Shown: one piece after another, positions 61,248 to 64,000 of the stretch | Numbering within the stretch: position 1 is the stretch's first letter | Layout of the letters: each line of letters begins with the position of its first letter | DNA from: Podospora anserina | Taxonomy: Eukaryota | NCBI GenBank assembly: GCA_017654855.1 | Contig: CM030334.1 | Span: forward strand, 744,001-808,000 | DNA: 64,000 bases | Direction: 5' to 3' | The notes under the pieces: generated by a model | The model's input: only the letters and a program-made list of their open reading frames with translations | Databases searched by the model: none | What the model was told of the DNA's origin: nothing | Made by a program: the position numbers and the translations under genes

Positions 61248-63847
61248 TTACAATAGTAGATACTCAGCAACCCTTGACTCAGTGGATAGGTCTAGACTTA
61301 ACGGTGTGGACATCTCCAGCCAACTTTTGACCTTAGTCAACTTATATGTCATCCACCTCAGCCCCTTTTCTTTCTTCAAGTCAGAAAGTGGCAAACACAA
61401 TTTATCCCTCCCATCCTCCCCCCAAAAAGCATCAGCCGCCCTCTCCCACACTTTCGTCGGCCCAAACACCATCTCTTTTGTGTAGTAAAAATGACAGTAG
61501 TTCGTCTCATTGACACCCCCAATGACACCCTCATTCCAACTCAGAAACTGAATCGGAGTCTCCAAATTGTCAAGCGAAACAAAATCATTCTTCCCGTTGA
61601 GCGACCCTGCCGCCTCACCACCACCGATCCCCGCCAATGACCTCTTCATTGCGTACCGCTCGGCCAGCAGCAGCAAATCCTCGTTTTCGGTCGAGTTGGT
61701 TGTGCTGTTTAGCTCCGGCGAGAGGACCAAGACCGCTTTGGCTGCCTCGTGCAAATTGGAAAAGTAAAAGATTTTTGCACCTGCCACACCACCCACGGCC
61801 TGCATGGGACCGGTGCTGGTGTTGTTTACTGTTCCAAGAGCAGGATCAGGTCGGCCGCCGACGACAACGGTCCTAATCTTGGCGTTGTTGGTGCCGTTGA
61901 CGCTGTAGAGGAGCCTTGCCAATGTCGCGCAGGTAGAGCTACAAGCGCCGTCGGTGAGGAGGACAGTATTCTCGACTGTGAAGGGGGAGGGAGGGACATT
62001 GGCTCCATTACCTGCGCCGGTGATGTTGAAGACATCTTCGGTTTGGTTCCAGGGATGGTACTGGTATGCTGTAAAGGTGTCGTTTTCGAGGATTACTGGG
62101 CCGAGAAGGGCATCGGAAGTGGTGAGGTTGAGGCCGGTTATAGGGGAGAAAAGATGGCCGGGGATGAGCTGTTCAACCATGCTGTTCTCGTGGAGGCTGC
62201 TCAGGGCTTTGAAGCGGGCGGGCTCATCAGGGTTGGGTTCGTCGAACGTGTTGGCGTCAAAGTTTTTGATTTCCACTGCGTCGGCACTCGAGACGTTCGA
62301 TATTTGGACGACGGACAGGGTTTCGCGTATGTTGTTGGCACTGAAGGCTGTGTGTTGGGGATAGCTGGAAGATGTGTTAACAGACGAAATGAGAGCGATC
62401 ATTGCCGGGATACCAACCTGAGCAAAGAGCTCGTAGGCAGCTACAAGGCCACCCCCGTTCTCGCTAACGTCAATGATCAACTTTGTCTTATTCTGCTCTC
62501 GAGACTTCGCAAGGAGGTTGGCGATGGTAGCTTGAAAATCCACCAAGTATGCCATAGGATCCATATCAGGCGGGGATAATTCCGAAAGGGCAAGCACAAC
62601 TACATCGTCGTATCCCGTCCCATTCAGAAAGTAGCCGGAAGTTATGTTGGAACCATTGTCTCTAACAGCTGGCCAAGGATAGTTGCTAATTGTTGGGGAG
62701 AGAGGCGGCAGGGTATTTGTACTGGACACATCGCTTGTGGAGGTATCGGTACTGGTCGAAGTTGGAAATTGTGGCGGCATTTCGGTTGTTGCTGGTGGTT
62801 CAACATCTATCGAAGCGTCGGGATCACAGAAACTTGTGTAAAAGCCTTCGCCAGTTCGCACACCAGTGAAGTTTGCTCCCATTCGAACAATGGCACGGAC
62901 TCTACCGTGACTTCCTGGCCATTTTCATAGGTCAAGGTTAGATTTTGTCCCTGGTAATCCATCGAGTTTGTAAGCAAAGTGCGATGATGAGGACCGGCGT
63001 AAGAGGGCATTCCGGCATTCCACATAGCATCAAGACTTTGGAAGTCTGAAAAACGAAGCTGCTGTTTCATCACATCTACAGCGTCCTTTTCATTGATTGA
63101 ACAATCGCGGGTGGGAGTTGGCTTCCAGCCAGCGTCCCATTTGAGCTAGTGCCAGATAGCTAAGCTAAGTGGGTGTTAGTCTCATACTTCAAGGCATCCA
63201 TGATGGGCGCGAAATACTCACATAAGTGGTAAAGTTTAGGAGTCGCAGTTCCGTTTACACTGATCGTGACAAGATCCTGCACTAGGATATTCGCAGAAGA
63301 AACCCCTGAAGACATCGGAAACAAACCTGAAGTGGCCGTCATGGGAAGCACCAATGAGTTCATAGATGGCCATGGCAAAGTCGTATTCGCTGGCATATTT
63401 CTCATCCCCAGATACTCTGCTGGCGATCTTGTCTAAACCACCCATGATGTCAACGGCTGCCAGATCGTACGACTCCGGTGGGCTTTTCAACCAAGGTAGA
63501 GTGCTTTGCCATTGCACAAAAGCGCGAAGGCTCTTGATCAACTTCAAAGCTGGTCGGGTTTGTTGGGCACTGTCATCAAACATGAGATGGCAACTGAAGC
63601 CGGCACGGAAGGCGTTGCTACTGTGGGTCAGTGTTTGTTTTCTGATGTATATAATTTTATCTGACAGCTCACCCATTGGGCTTGCTGAGAGCAGCGAATC
63701 TGTGATGGAGGCAATGGCTGCACAGGCCGTGGGAACTCCTGTCTGAGAGCCATCGACATCGGATGTACCTTGAGGAGCAAGTACAGCATTAGCGCTGTAG
63801 AATCTTGCAAAGCAAGAAGCTAATAGTGTCCAGTTTCTGAAGATCAT
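61248..63847 (-). pseudogene. Secreted peptidase S41 (CPAF-like fungal family), apparently frameshifted
   Basis: Signal peptide, QWQSTL.WLK.PP, HDGHF, KLIIDVSENGGG, LTDGACSSTC, VVVGGRP. Frame breaks near 62880 and 63100-63150 are not explained by clear introns. Confidence 0.72.
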
Positions 63848-64000
63848 GTTGAGCTGCAACTACAAGCAAACAGAGTGGTATGTTCCCATAGCACCAACAT
63901 GGCTCCTCGACGCACCATTTTCTATATTTCAACCACAGCGGATCGATGAAAACGGCACAAGGGCAATGTCAACAAATGCCTCGGCGCTCCAAGTTGTTCT

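Noticed and set aside
1-64000. Starship element, Spok or het/NLR genes, tRNA/rRNA genes
   Set aside because: No tyrosine-recombinase captain, NACHT/HET motifs or RNA gene structure was recognised by eye.

Overview
Filamentous-ascomycete (Sordariales-like, probably Podospora; inference) genomic DNA. It alternates GC-balanced, intron-containing gene regions with very AT-rich transposon relics degraded by repeat-induced point mutation (RIP). Gene regions hold a kinase-like pseudogene, an AAA ATPase, a decayed PDR ABC transporter, an MBL hydrolase, a PLAC8 protein, an SF1 helicase, a membrane protein, a GPI-type protein, a GH131, a non-catalytic pepsin homolog, a sedolisin, a cation/H+ antiporter and a disrupted S41 peptidase. 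Two nested TE clusters (8.65-24.8 kb and 48.5-61.2 kb) and one free pogo/Fot1-type transposon (44.3-46.3 kb) can be resolved to base level from target-site duplications (TSDs). They comprise Ty3/gypsy chromovirus elements whose LTRs share R-U5 but carry five different U3 types, two Ty1/copia elements, and three solo LTRs of a ~630-bp family. The main hidden observation comes from reversing RIP: two diverged Ty3 copies each carry an antisense, intron-containing Zn(II)2Cys6 + coiled-coil gene between pol and the 3' LTR, a candidate element-encoded regulator. All de-RIP translations were done by eye, and no database search was possible.
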